Positions 40,325-54,700 of a DNA stretch of 64,000 nucleotides are shown here, piece by piece. The stretch spans positions 38,380,001 through 38,444,000 of the forward strand of contig NC_087251.1 in the NCBI RefSeq assembly GCF_037042905.1, given 5' to 3'. The first letter of the stretch is position 1; every line of letters begins with the position of its first letter. The notes beneath the pieces were generated by a model. It saw only the letters and a list, made by a program, of their open reading frames with translations. It made no database searches and had not been told where the DNA came from. The position numbers and the translations under genes are program-made. The DNA comes from Lytechinus pictus (taxonomy: Eukaryota).

Positions 40325-41700
40325 GTTCTCTTTTATTGTAATTAAACTTGTGTGTGTACATCAAGTTCAAGATGCGCCACACACACTTATGATTCCGCTC
40401 ACTTCTGCTTTGTTTTTTACTTGTAGGTGTTATGGACCTTATACTAGAAAAGAAAAGGAAGTTTATTGTTCTCTTTTATTGTCATTAAACTTGTTCATCA
40501 AGTTGAAAAAAAATTGTTAAACTCATATACTTTCTTTCAATATGGCTTTGTCTCTTATTTGTAATGGGCTTTAAAAAAGAGAAAGAAATTATGTAGTTCT
40601 CTTTTATTGTAATCAAACTTGTGTGTGTACATAAATTTCAAGATGTGTCACACACACATATGATTCCACTCACTTCTGCTTTGTTTTTTACATGTAGGTG
40701 TTATGGACCTTATACTAGAAAAGAAAAGGAAGTTTATTGTTCTCTTTTATTGTAATCAAACTTGTGTGTGTACATAAATTTCAAGATGTGTCACACACAC
40801 ATATGATTCCGCTCACTTCTGCTTTGTTTTTTACATGTAGGTGTTATGGACCTTATACTAGAAAAGAAAAGGAAGTTTATTGTTCTCTTTTATTGTAATC
40901 AAACTTGTGTGTGTACATAAATTTCAAGATGTGTCACACACACATATGATTCCGCTCACTTCTGCTTTGTTTTTTACATGTAGGTGTTATGGACCTTATA
41001 CTAGAAAAGAAAAGGAAGTTTATTGTTCTCTTTTATTGTAATCAAACTTGTGTGTGTACATAAATTTCAAGATGTGTCACACACACATATGATTCCGCTC
41101 ACTTCTGCTTTGTTTTTTACCTGTAGGTGTTATGGACCTTATACTAGAAAAGAAAAGGAAGTTTATTGTTCTCTTTTATTGTAATCAAACTTGTGTGTGT
41201 ACATAAATTTCAAGATGTGTCACACACACATATGATTCCGCTCACTTCTGCTTTGTTTTTTACATGTAGGTGTTATGGACCTTATACTAGAAAAGAAAAG
41301 GAAGTTTATTGTTCTCTTTTATTGTCATTAAACTTGTACATCAAGTTGAAAAAAAATTGTTAAAACTCATATACTTTCTTTCAATATGGCTTTATCTTTT
41401 TATTAGTAATGGGCTTTAAAAAAGAGAAAGAAATGATGTAGTTCTCTTTTATTGTAATCAAACTTGTGTGTGTACATAAATTTCAAGATGTGTCACACAC
41501 ACATATGATTCCGCTCACTTTTGCTTTGTTTTTTACATGTAGGTGTTATGGACCTTATAGGAAAGAAAGGGACGTTTGTGGTTCTCTTTTATTGTCATTA
41601 AACTTTAAGTGTGTGTACATAAATTTCAAGATGTGTCACACACTCATACTACAACACTTCTAAATATTGCTTTATATTTTACTTGTTATAGACTTAAAGG
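40325..41700. repeat. 143-bp minisatellite with a 128-130-bp variant unit
   Basis: GTTCTCTTTTATTG recurs at 40325, 40468, 40596, 40739, 40882, 41025, 41168, 41311, 41441 and 41581, with degenerate copies on both sides. Confidence 0.95.
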
Positions 41701-44700
41701 GAAAGTGAATTGTGTAATTGCCAGAACACTGATACTACATGTACATCAAGTTCAAAGTGTCATACAGCCACACATCTCAAAACTGCCTTATTTTTTTAAT
41801 CATAGATTTTTTTTTAAAAGAAAGGGAATGGAAAATATAATGGTTCTTTCTTATTGCCTTTTAAGTTACTGTAAGTTCTACATAAAGTTCAATATTCATC
41901 GCACAATAAAACTTCATCTCAATACTGATTTTACTATCTTTTTATATAGACTTTAAAAGAAAGAAATGGAAGGTGAAATATACAATTCCCTTTTATTGTC
42001 ATTTATTAAAATCAAGTACATCAATTGGACAAAAGTGTCATACTACATCACTTCCTTCTTCTCGAAACTGCTGTCTTTTATTTGTTATCAACTTAGAAAT
42101 ATGAAATGATGAAAGTGATATTTGTACATGAAAACCTAACAATTTTTTTTCCACAATATTGAGAATTGTTTTCCTCAATGGTTTAAGAGAAAGTTTTGAT
42201 TATTTTTTAGTGATCATAGTGATATTAGGGCAGGATACATTACACTGAGGCTCAGGGCGATTTCCCCCCAAATTGTTTCAAAGATCGCTGGAAACTAAAA
42301 AAAGGAGCCCTGGAAGATCCCTTTTCATTCCAATGTTAAAGCTTATCCAATTTGCAGATTCAGGATATAGTTGCGAAAAGTAGCCCTAATGTTGGGAGCC
42401 GGGCCGGGCTAGAACTCGGAACCCGGCGAGTTGGGGGGATTTCCGCCGGGTCAAGCCGGTCCAGGTTGAGAGCTAAAACAGCAGAGATCGGAAGACATAA
42501 TATGTCTTGAGTTGCAAAAATATAATATATATAAAAAATACCAAATATACAGCAAGATAATGTAACTATTTACCTCCATGCTCGAACTGAGCTCATATTT
42601 ACTTCCAAATAATCTAACTTAATTGATTTTTAACATGAATTTCAGCCCCATCTAGCATCGGAAACAACCTTATTTTGTGTTTGATCATGATGTCTTCATT
42701 CAAATTCTTAGTCAAATAGCCCCCCCCCCCCCAAAAAAAAAAAAAAAAAAAAAACATTTTTTTTTTTTTGCCTGATTAGAGGGAAAGTACCCAAGTATAA
42801 AGTAATCAACACTTAAGTTGCATACCATTATCTTGTGTCATCAGCTGCTTGGACTTCAGTGTCATCTGGTGCAAATTATATTGCAGTTGTGAGAAATCAA
42901 TACAAATCAAAGCAAATCGCATAATTCCAATAATTGTGGTTGGTTTGTTTACCCTTCTTGTGGAACTCAACTTTCACACAGTAACACCTCAACAGATACA
43001 ATGAAAACAAAGAGACTAAAGGTTGGATTTATGTTGTTTTCAAAATTCTATTTTACAGTTCCTTTGTTGCCCCTATGATTATGTTTACAGAAGTGTTTGA
43101 CACGACTGGGCTCCACAATTATGATAATCTGCTTTCATATATCGCTTAATTAGATATCGAAACGATGTCTCTCCGCGCTTTACAGATATCTTTACCCAGT
43201 CATGTTATTGGAACATTCATAAAAAGTATTCATACTTGGCCATAATAGACAATAATCACTTTGCATGTATATTCCCAGTGTAAAAATATGATATATGATT
43301 AGATATTAAAGAGAAAATTTGACAAAAAATGAAAGAAAGAAAGAATAAAAAAAAAAAGAATATAAATCATGAAAACAGACCTATTTTTCCAAAGGGATCC
43401 TTACAAATATTTCGCCACAATTGAAACGCTGGTGTTACTGGTGATTAATCATAGTAATCATATCAGATCTTACCAGATCTTAGATATCAGATCTTACCAG
43501 ATTAGTCATGGCAATTGTATTGATTGTAGAAAAAAAACTGAATGGTTTAAAATTTTCGTGATCAGTTATGAAGGGCCAATCGTGGCGTCTGTAAGGGATC
43601 GTTCGATAGTGGGAAAGAAGTATTACAATATAATACCTTGTTCCATCGGTTGAGCAATCCCTTACTATTTTCTTGTTGTAAGCACTTTGGGCCATTTTAG
43701 GAAAAGTGCAGTATGAAGATATTGATGATGGTGATAATAATGATGATATGAAGATAATTATAATAATAATGATGTATTGTCATGGTTATTTACAAAGTGT
43801 GAAAATTGAAATGCACAGATTACAACAGGTGATGAACACGTACAATGTAAAATCACGGGCCTACATGTATGTAGCAGTATAGACCTGCCTGATTGTGGTG
43901 AAAGACAACAACACATAAAAGTACATGAAGAGAGCTCTGGAGATGGGAGGCCATAATCAATAACATTGTGTATGCATAGGAATTTCAGAATTTTGCAGAG
44001 GGCCTAGCTTCCGTGAAAAGCCATTTTCATCCGGGGCTGTTGTAGATGGGTTGATTGTAATGCATGCTCTGAGATGAAGCCGAGATTTACTCGAAAGTGG
44101 ATTATGTACCTCAGCCTGTCACGCATGTCAATAAGAAGATGGAGGGAGCGTTATGGAGAAATGCATCATCAAAGCACCTAGCTAGGACTGTCCTTTATGT
44201 ATTATTATATAAAAATATGGAGGTTTATGAAATTTATGATGATGTTGAAGAAAGGTAGCTGAGCCCAAAATGATACTTCCTTGGTTTTTATGCCTGTACA
44301 GTGTAGGATCTGCACTGTTAAAAACTGGGGTGCTAAAACTTACACTGGTTGGTGTCCCAAAAGGACCACACCTAGAGATTGAACATTACACCAAAGAGTG
44401 TAAAATTCATATCCAAAGGTGTAATAGCACTCATAGGTGTTGAACTAAAGTATAAAAAAGGTAAATAACAAAGTCCAATGATTGGAGTGGTCCTTCCACA
44501 TACACACTGATGGATATAATAGTTTTTTGTTGTTTACTAACTATAGAAGAATGTTTTGCGTATTTTGTTTGGGTATTAACATGATCAATAAAAGCAGAAA
44601 TTAATACAAAGAAAAACTAACTTTTTACTAATGGACAAGTTTGTGACATGAATTTGTTAATGCAGAGGAAAACAAAAAAATTAAGAAATTTCTTTTTTTT

Positions 44701-47700
44701 TCTTAATGTACATGCTGTAGATCCTTATGAATTATAATTGTAATAAAAAGTTAATTATATGAATTGATGATTGTCTATAAAATATGTGGGAAAAATACAA
44801 AATAATTAAATATGTTCTCCATCAAGGAAAGAAAATAGTAAACAAACTAATCAAAGTAAAATTGAAGAAGCTCATATATTTGTGAGCCTTCATCATTGAC
44901 TTTTCTTTGATTAGTTTATTTATAGATTGAATTTAAATGATATTTTTGTTAAGATAGACAGGCCTATAAAATTTGTAATTTTGGTTTTTTGTTACAAACC
45001 AGTCAGATGAAAACGAATCCATTTAGCTTTCATCAAAATATCACATACACATGTATATGTCACAAAACTGCTGCCTCATATAAACATATAGACATGTCAT
45101 GTATGAGTGGCAATAAATAATTGATTAGTAGAATCTGATGGATGATACATGGGCTTATCATATACAGTAGTAGAAATTTGGTATTAATTTAGAAAAGGAA
45201 TAGGGGTATTGATGAAAAATAAAGTTCATATATTTGAAACCAATCGGAAGAGCTTATATGTACATTTAAGCAAATATATATAATATGTATATTTGTTTGC
45301 CGGAACAGAGGGTGGGTTCTATTTTTTGTTTTTAATACAAAATGAAAACTAAATTTGTTTTTTTGTTCTGTGAGTGATGGGAACCCTCACATATAGAACT
45401 GTGTGTACATGTATTTATGTGGAAATTGAAGATAGAGGATCATCTAGACCTTGCCATTAGTAGGTTTTATTATTTTTAATAAGAAATTGAGAAAAATAAA
45501 AAGGAATATGAAAATCATGCTTGGTCGGTACATGCATATATTTTTTTTCTTCAAAATTGAATAGAAAAATAAGAGTAGGCAGCTTTTAATTGGGTCGGTT
45601 AGGTTACTGCAACAAACATTTTTGCTTATTATCATCCTCTGAAGTATTCACAGCATATGTTTGTGTTTTTTAGTATCCTTGAATTCTCACATGTACATGT
45701 ATTTAAAAAAACTATGAATCCTCACAGAAGGCATTGTAGCTATTGTGTGAAAGTCATTCGAATGGTAGTGGGAATGGTGATATATTGTTCATACAGTTTG
45801 TTTATAGATCTATAGAAATCATACAATTTTTCAAATACAATAATTACAATTTTACAGTTTGTGATTGAATAATATGTAGATACTACTGACAGACCTTGAT
45901 ATTAATTATTGAATGTTATTTCTGAATTATACACTAGACATAAATTTAGAAAGTATTTGTAGTTTCTTATTCTTTAAAATACGTATACCAAAATTATAAT
46001 CAACTTTTTCACTCACTTTACCAAAAGGATGAAAGTAATATATTGGCTTTTGAAGATACAGTATCATAGTACTGTTTGAGGCAGCTCACCACAGTTTCGC
46101 CTCTCGCATAAAAAAATAGAGATGGCACTTAATACATTGTAGCAGTGGAATTAATAATTTTTTATCTTGTCTTTCATGGATATATTTTCATGAATAAATT
46201 TTCAATTATTTTTAATAAGTAATTTTTACATCAATTACCCTAAGCTACTAGCACTCCTGATAATTACAATTAGGCCTCTATGTTGCTGCATAATCTATTT
46301 TCCATGCATTGAGTGGATTTTTAAAATAAACTTCAGCATTAAAGTCATTGTGCCCCGTGTATATGTATATTTTATTCAGTTGTGTAGGTCTATAACATAC
46401 ATTTACATGTACATGTACCATCTCGCATTGCCACAATGCTCTCATGCATGCAATCATCCAACTGTATAGGAACAACTGATGAACGATCGGAGCCAGTTTC
46501 CTCACCCACAGTTTGTATGCATGTCTGCTTGGCTAGTATGGCTGTCGCAGCAGCAGCAGCGTGTCTGTGAAATTGTGTACATATGTATCCTACTTTTTTC
46601 TTTCTTTTGATATAGGTCAGGTCACTTTGTGATGGGGTCACCCAGAGATAGACCGAACTTGATGTTTGTATTAGAGTCGAGCATCTGGAGAAAGTAAAAC
46701 TTGAGCTTTTTAGTGAAGTCATACATATATAGAAAATGGAAATGGATACAAGACATGTATTACTTCTACTTGTAATGTAAATGGGAAAAGGCTTACATAC
46801 CTGCAGTCTAATTACATGTATTAAAGGGATGAATCAACTTTTTAATAGTTGAAAATATTTAAAAAATGCTTCTGACAGTGTCTGACTAGATAATGTATAT
46901 CTCCATATTGTATAATAGACAATGCCTGATTTTTTTAGAAGAAATTGAAGTCAAATCTGTAAAAAGCTTTGATGGCTTTTCCTTACTTTTTTTCAAGTGT
47001 GTAGCTCTTAAAAAAAAGGTTTCGAAATATACATCTACAATTAAGTATTATTTCTGCCCATGGGTCATTGTGCATTAAATCTCTAAAAATACTATTCTTG
47101 TAAGCTCCCCTTGCGAACGAAATTTTCAATTTTCATTTAACAAAATGATCCAAAATTTATGACCCTACATGTAGACCTGGGTCTCGTAACACAAAGGTTA
47201 GCGATTGATCGTACGCTTGATTTTCACGATGGATTGTACATTGTAGTCAATGGAATCAATCGTGGAAAAATCTTCTACGATCATTGCTAAGTTTTGTTTT
47301 ACGGGCCCCTGGATGATTCCTTTTCATCGTAGTTCTAGTAGAAAGTTAATCTAGCTTGTACCATGGATCTGGTTATCATGGTTGCGCACACGTAGCACAG
47401 GTGATTTATTGCAGGTCATATCATGAGTACATATTTACCAAGATCATGTTGCATTGGAAATTTCCATGATAATTCCATGTGCAGTATAATGGTATAATGA
47501 TCAAGCCTTGATGCTTACGAAAAGGGGAATACCCAGAGAGTAAAAATTGTTTGTGAGGCGATATTGGAGAAAGGGAGGGGTGGGGTGGGGGGAGGAGAGA
47601 GAGGAAAAAACAGACACACAAAGAAACGCAGAGAAGGCAGTAGGAAGATGAAAAGAGCAAGAGAGATGAAGAGGGGTGGGGGGGGGGGGCTGAAAGAGAA

Positions 47701-49163
47701 AGAAATGGGATGGTGGGTGCACGTAGATAATGAACAAAGCATGCATTTTGATCACATATTCCATAATCTAGTACTTTTCATCTGAAACTACATAGTGTAA
47801 AAGGAATGTTTTGATACACAAGCGTAATCCTGAATAATTAGACGGTTTACCTGCAGAGACTGCTCGCACAATAGCACAAATATTTGTCAGGTGCATTTCT
47901 GTTTTGCACACTGAACCTACGAGGGTGCATGCTCGCCTAGAGCAATGTATGATGGGAGTCACTTCATTGCCTATGCTGTGGACCATTACTGACTCTACAC
48001 CTCTCTCTTCAATGAATGTATTCTCCCCTCACCTCACCAAAGTACAATGACCCTTTATGCTTATTATGCACCAAAGAGTCGGGTCATTTACAGTAATAAA
48101 AGTAGCGCAATTATGATAAATTGCATGGGATCGTTATACTTTGTAGGGCTCGCAGTGATAGATGCTTCTTTGATATTTTGCGACTGTTGTTTGTTTACCT
48201 TTAGGATGGATGAACAGCAGTAAACATATTAAAAGAGAACTTTTTTTGTTTTGTGTGCCAAATTGTGAAGTGCATGATGAAATTATGAAAAATCATGTAC
48301 CATTTGGTGTCTACATGTATGTACATAAAATTACGAAGAATGGAAAGAGCTTATTATATGTTCACTTGATTTATCATATACATTTATGATGAAACAAATT
48401 TCTTGAACAGTTTTTTTTTAACATTGTAGTCTTAACCCAATCCATAAGTACCATTCATATTGACAATGTCCTTGAAAACAAGTTTCAAGTAGACGATGAA
48501 TCTCAAATAAGATGGAGGCGGAATGAGATTAAGTTTTGAGATTTATGTAACTTAATTTTGGATTCATCCCTCACTTCAGTCGTTTGGGATTAATTTCCAA
48601 ACCAAAAAGTGTACATCTGTATGAATTAACATTTTTCACTTCTTTTGTTGTTTTATCAGAAGAATGAAAAGTATGCAGAGTTTCAAGGTTACTATTGGAA
48701 GATAGTTTGGAACTTTGGTTTCATCTCTGTGGTTTCTCAACTAATTAGAATGTAATCTTGTTTTAATTTCTTTCCATTTACATACTGGTACAATTTATGT
48801 TTGCTTTCTTTAGCGGTTAAGCAGCAAGTAATATGGTAAAACAATCCCTTAGTCCATCTTCTTCTTCTTTATTATAATGCACTCATTGAATCAGAAACAT
48901 AGTCACAGCAGCACGGCTTGCGCATTTAATGGGTATATCTTTTTTTAAGGCCAAGATACTGCATAATAGGACGTACAAAAGCGATTGGGAGGGAATCTCT
49001 ATCGGTCACAAATTTGGACAAATACATTCTGAGAGACATGACCTTCATCTATGATAAATGTTTGGTTTTCTGACTCTGAGTGTAAATTGCATTTCAATTA
49101 TAACCATACGGGGGTTCCAGAGAAGGTGATGAACACCATATTTGATTCTGCGAAATATATCAT

Positions 49164-49779
49164 CGGGGGGGGGGGGGGGGTACTCGACCAAACAAGTGGT
49201 AGGTATGTGCCGCGGGCGATACAAAAAACGGGGGCTTTGGAGCAGGCTTATTGTAAAAAGGATGGTCCTTGGAACGGTTTTGGAACGGGTCGCCTGCGTG
49301 TGAGTGCGTATGCATCCCTATGGAACGGGCATACATGCATGCAGCTAGCCCGGCGGCACGGGCGCCGGCTGCGCTCGCGCAGAGGCGATGGTTGGACAGA
49401 ACTCTGCGGCCGCTTTTCATCCGCTCATGATGATGATGATGGTGATCCACAGCATTTATATTGCGCCATATATCTGTTAAAAACATTCATAGGTGCAGGC
49501 TCATCCAATAAGTTAATCACTACACATCTGCCGAAATAATTGAGGATAAATGTGGCCAGAACGGTGTAACAAAAAATATGCGTAGCTTTGAAATGGATAT
49601 CTTTCTTCTTTTTTCTCGATAAGAAGAAAATGCTATGCTTTGGAGCGGCTTTCTTTGTTCATTTTCTCAAAAAGATAAAAATGCTATGCCTTGGAACAGA
49701 AAGTTTAGTGTAAAAATGGGGGTACCCTCCGCAGCACATACCCACCATACATTATATACTGAGTGCCCCCCCCCCCCGG
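49164..49779. mobile_element. DNA transposon remnant with (CC)CGGGG termini and about 8-bp TSD
   Basis: CGGGGG..GTACTCG..GGTATGTGC / GCACATACC..GAGTGCCCCC..CGG; flanks TATATCAT / CATATCAT. Confidence 0.7.
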
Positions 49780-50912
49780 CATATCATTCAAACTAACCCA
49801 TTTCTTTGTCTTATTTTTTCTCATAAATGTAGTGTTGTAACAGAAATATACATAATTCTTTTCCCAAATCCTTATCATTTAGTACTCTACATTTATTGTT
49901 TATCCTGTTTATAATCTAAGTTTTTAATACTCATATACTACAAGATTTTCTTCCGCTCTCTACCATTTCTTTGTATGCCTTTTCGTTGATGTTAATTGAC
50001 TATTATTCATGCTATTTCTATTGATATGTTGTAAGTACATTGTATGCAATTCTTTGTACAAACATGTGGAATTTATTTTGTTGTCAATTTAAGGACCATT
50101 GGGGGGTCAATAAAAAAGGTCTTTAAAAAACATAATATACACATTTGGCATTCCATAGTATTGTACTGAACCTGGCAGCAAAGTAATGATTTTGCTTTAT
50201 GTTTATGTATTAAATCTATTGATTTTCCATGATCTGGGGTTGTCATTTTGTATTCTGCAGACAATCCTCTCACAAATTGTGAATGTTTTAATTTGGTAGT
50301 GGATAATTTTATTTGAATGGTATATTTCTAATATTTTACTCATGATCCTTGATTTATGACAAAAACAGTTATCACAATATTGTGCTTGTTGTGTTACTTA
50401 TAAAGTGATATGACTGCAGAAGAAAAAAAAAAAAAAAATCTTCTGGGACAAACATCTTTATAAATGGGGGAGGGGGGAGGGGGGTGAACTGTCCCTTCTT
50501 TTCTATATGAAGATAGCCGGCAAAGCAAAAAGGGCATGAGCATACACACATACATGTATGACTCAAGTCAAAGTACATATTAGAAATGCTGCTTAAAATT
50601 AGATACAGTGCTGTATAATATTATGAACCTTGCAGTAGTTGTTTAACAGTTTAAACTGCCATGTCAGTTTAATTTATTGAGAATTGAATATTAAAAATTA
50701 TATTTTGTTATTTAAAGTTTTAAACACTTCTTTAAACTGTTTAAACATCTACTGTAAGGATTATATAGTAATATATTAAACAGCATTGTATAAAAATTCA
50801 GAACAGTGTTTTTACTTTGTAAGGCCTCTTTCTCTCCAACACAGACTTGTTAGGAAACATGTTCCAGTAGGATCCATGGTTTGATATCTATTTATATGCA
50901 TTGAAGATATGA

Positions 50913-51372
50913 GGCCGTTCTCATTACGCTTTTTAAAACTAGTTTACTGGAAACCGATTCAGGAAACCACTTTGGAAGATCGCTTTGCTAGCGTTCCCAC
51001 TTGATTACACGAAAGTGGTTTTCAAAATCACTTCACGTAAAGCGCTCTTGTTGCTGTGGAAACGCTCTCAGTGGGGTGACACGTTTCGCGCGAAATTCGA
51101 AACCGCAGCATAGGCATTCTACACCTGTCGTGTGGAGTAGCGCGCTCAAAATGTGCGAAGATCGCTTCCCGAAGAACGGTTGTGTCCTCTCTTACGCTAA
51201 AACCAGTTTAACGAGGCAAAGCGATCTTGAAAACTACATCGCGAGGTGGTTTTCCAAACTGGTTTGGAAGATCGCTTCCAAGACCGCTTGGACCGTTCTC
51301 ACTACGCGTTAAACTAGTTTCCACTAAACTAGTTTCCAGTAAACTAGTTTTAGGAACGTAGTGAGAACAGCC
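50913..51372. mobile_element. Foldback MITE (Harbinger-like)
   Basis: GGCCGTTCTCATTACG..AAAACTAGTTTACTGGAAAC / GTTTCCAGTAAACTAGTTTT..CGTAGTGAGAACAGCC, with internal GAAGATCGCTT repeats. Confidence 0.8.
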
Positions 51373-52674
51373 TCAGTGATATCATGGTTTTAGCAGAAGC
51401 CATCCATGAGAGGATGCTATCCCAGCCAAACCAGGGGCCTATTACACAAAGCTTAGCAATTATCGTAGAACATTTTTCTACGATTGATTGCATTGACCAC
51501 AATGTACAATCCATCATGAAAATCAAGCGTACGATTAATTGCTAACCGTTGTGTGACAGAGCCCAGGACAATTTACTACTCAGCAGGAGTTTAGCACAGC
51601 CCTGTATACCATAGCCATGTTCTTGTACGACCTCTTTCTCCAGATCGAAACTGACAGATCTACTGATTATGTTAAACCAAGAAAAAAATACATAAAACCA
51701 TGAATTTGTTTTGTGTTTCTGGGTTGAAATCATTTCCCAATTCACTGGGGTTTTATGACAAAGAAAAGGTGTAATGCAATGACGTTAAGGCAGTGTTTCT
51801 AGTGAGTTTTAGGTGTGACGCCATGCAGATTAGGTTTCGAGTCCTGACACAATTCTGTGATGAGGCATTGTAGCTAACCTCATTTTGCTAGCCGCCATTT
51901 CATCTTTGTTATTGATATTGACTGTGAATGTATGTAAAATCTCTTCTTTCTGTGGATGACACAATTCAAATAAAGTTATGGTTCTTTCGATTGTACTCAT
52001 TTCAAGGGGAGGGGAAACTTATTGTTCTTATATTTCTTTAGGCATGTTGGTATTTAATTTGATACAGTTTTGTTCACAAAGTAGTAGCAGTATAAATAAT
52101 GATATAAAAAGCTGGATTAATATATTTTTCTATCCAGAGGGTACATGTACATAACACAAACAATTACCCCAGGGGCTTTACATACATGTCCATACATGTA
52201 GCTTGAACTGCTGCGCTTTATTATGGCACTCATATTCAGTAGTGGCATTTGAAATGATTTGAATATCCTGATAATAAAATAACAATGATTTGAAATTTAC
52301 TTGCATTTTAATTTGGAATAATATTCCTGAGAGAGATAGGGCGCGTCTCACACAGAGGTACAATTGATCCAATCAATCATAACTCTATGGATATCCATCA
52401 GTGTCATTTTTTTTTTCTACAGGAAATTTGCAAAATGCCCTTTGTAAACAAAGGGGAAAACTCCAAATTGTCAAGAAAACGATGAATTTATGAATATACA
52501 TCATAATTAGAAAATATTTTGAACAAACATGCATTTTAGATGGCTGGCTTTCCATAGTTGTGATTGATTGGATCAGTCGCAACTCTTTGTAAGACATGGA
52601 CCTGACTTGAATTTATATTCATCCTTTTGCCTCAGTCACACCTGCGAAATCGACCCCAATCCCAATAATGTTAA

Positions 52675-53179
52675 AGGGGTAGTTAACCTTGACAAAAAAT
52701 TAATTGTACAAATAGCAGAAGAAAATAATAAAAAAATATTGCCGAAGGTTTGAGGAAAATCCGTCAAAGAATAAAAAAGTTATTAGAATTTTAATTATTG
52801 GACTCGTGACGTCGTATGAGAGCAGCTTTACTACATATCGTATGGTAAAAGAATCAATGAAATGTCATTTTCTCCGATAGTTGAAAATAGTTTTTACTGT
52901 ACCTTCAGTATATCATTAGACAAATAATTTCGCACCCGTTTCTAAAAAGAAAACACAAATCACGCAATCACGAACCACTAAAAACTGGAAATTTATGCAT
53001 TCTATATTACATAAGATGTGGGGCAGCTGCTTGTTTATGACGTCACAAATCCCAAATTTTAAATTCTAAGAACTTTCTTAATCTTTGATGGATTTTTCTC
53101 AAACGTTCACCAATATTCTATCATTATTTTTTCTGCTTCTTTTGTTCCAACAAGCTTTTCTTCAGGGTGAACTTCCCCT
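52675..53179. mobile_element. Kolobok-like MITE, family A
   Basis: TTAA|AGGGGTAGTTAACCTTGA ... TCAGGGTGAACTTCCCCT|TTAA. Confidence 0.85.
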
Positions 53180-54436
53180 TTAAACCATAAGTAATATAAT
53201 GTCATAGCTTTGCTGGGTTGGGAGTTGGTTTTGCCCGTGTGACTGGCATTATACTGCTGTTTCCCTTTCCTGCTCTGACACAATTACCAACTGAGAAGTT
53301 CAATTGGTTCAGCCGCCATTGTTTTGCCTCCCTCGGTCCGGTCCAACAAGACCAGTGGTGGCGGGGGAGCATAGGGGCATCCTCCGACCCCCCCCCCCCC
53401 CTGGTTGCCACCCCCAGAAAATTTGAATAATGAAACAAAAATTTGTACATATTTTAATATTTTTTTAACAACATTTTCTTTTGCCCCTCTTAAAAAGTAA
53501 AAAAAAATCTGGGTGCCCCCACTGAGCAAGGCCTGACATAAATTTTTATGTTACAGTCCAAGAGCGGATACGTCGGGGTTGAAGGGGGAGATTTGGTGGC
53601 ACTCTTTGCTCCATACTGTGATAAATTTGATTAGGAATGGGAGGGATGTGCGTGTTGGTATGTGACTGTGTTGTATTCTTTATTGAATGTCTCGGATGTA
53701 AATATTTTTTCTTGTAGTTCTTGTTTGTAGCTTCAATAATGTTAATCATTTTATGACTTTATGGTGAGCTGGAGTCTGCTGGACCCTTGTGAACACTTTC
53801 CTGTGTTTTTCTACCCTCATGAAGAGCAGACATAAACAAGATATCGAGAAGATACACCAGAGCATGAACCTACAACTCTGTCGGGCTAAAAGGTCCTTGA
53901 CCAATTAAAGCAATATTTATATATACACTGTATATATATATATATATATTTGTATATGCATACATCCTACGTAAGGGCGAAGTCTATGAATGGGTTTATT
54001 CCGTTATAATACACATTTAGACGTTAAGTCGAAGATAGAGGGCGTTAAGGCGCGTTACGAACATTGAAAGAAGACCAAAAAAATCGCCTTAAACACAGAT
54101 GTAGAAAGAGATATATATACATGTATATATATATATATATTTCATATGTTACACAAGAAGCAAAAGAAGTTAACTGTCATTTAGAGAAATATGAACTACA
54201 TGGGATTTTATCTAACCTGCTAAACACCCTGAGGGTGGACTTCTGAAAAGATCTGCACACAAGGATGTTTGAATGGCCTGCCTAACATAGGAACAGTGTT
54301 AAAATACCTGAACTTTTTAGAAGCATGTCAGTGTGTACTTAAATAAAAGATAATCAATTATCGACAAAAATTTTATTCTTAAATTGTCAGTGATTGAAAT
54401 TGATTGTCTGACATTGCAACAAATCTCCCTAATTAC

Positions 54437-54700
54437 CAGTGTGTTGGCTCAGTTGGTAGAGCGTCTGTCTCACAACCGGGAGGTCAAACTATGGCCAAGT
54501 TAGCCAAATTAAAAGATGGGAGTTGCTGCTACCCTGTTTGGCTTTCAACGATTGAAGGGATAGAGCAAAGTTTATCTGGCACTGCACAGTGGCTGCCGGG
54601 CCCACGATCCATTGGGAAAATTGAATTTTCGGTGTATTTCTGTTTCAGATTTTCATTTTAAGCAACAAAATATGGATTTTCATTTTTTCATTTTCATATA
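54437..54700 (+). mobile_element. tRNA-derived SINE with B-box region deleted
   Basis: TGGCTCAGTTGGTAGAGCG head and anticodon-like arm, then a non-tRNA body and a (TTTCA)n tail. Confidence 0.6.

Noticed and set aside
48814..48835. Possible microexon after a TGC-containing pyrimidine tract
   Set aside because: The available donors give 2, 14 or 22 nt; none preserves frame and all are weak.
49051..49539. 162-aa ORF, and the ORF at 51001-51312
   Set aside because: Both lie largely or wholly inside GC-rich MITEs and show no transposase motifs.
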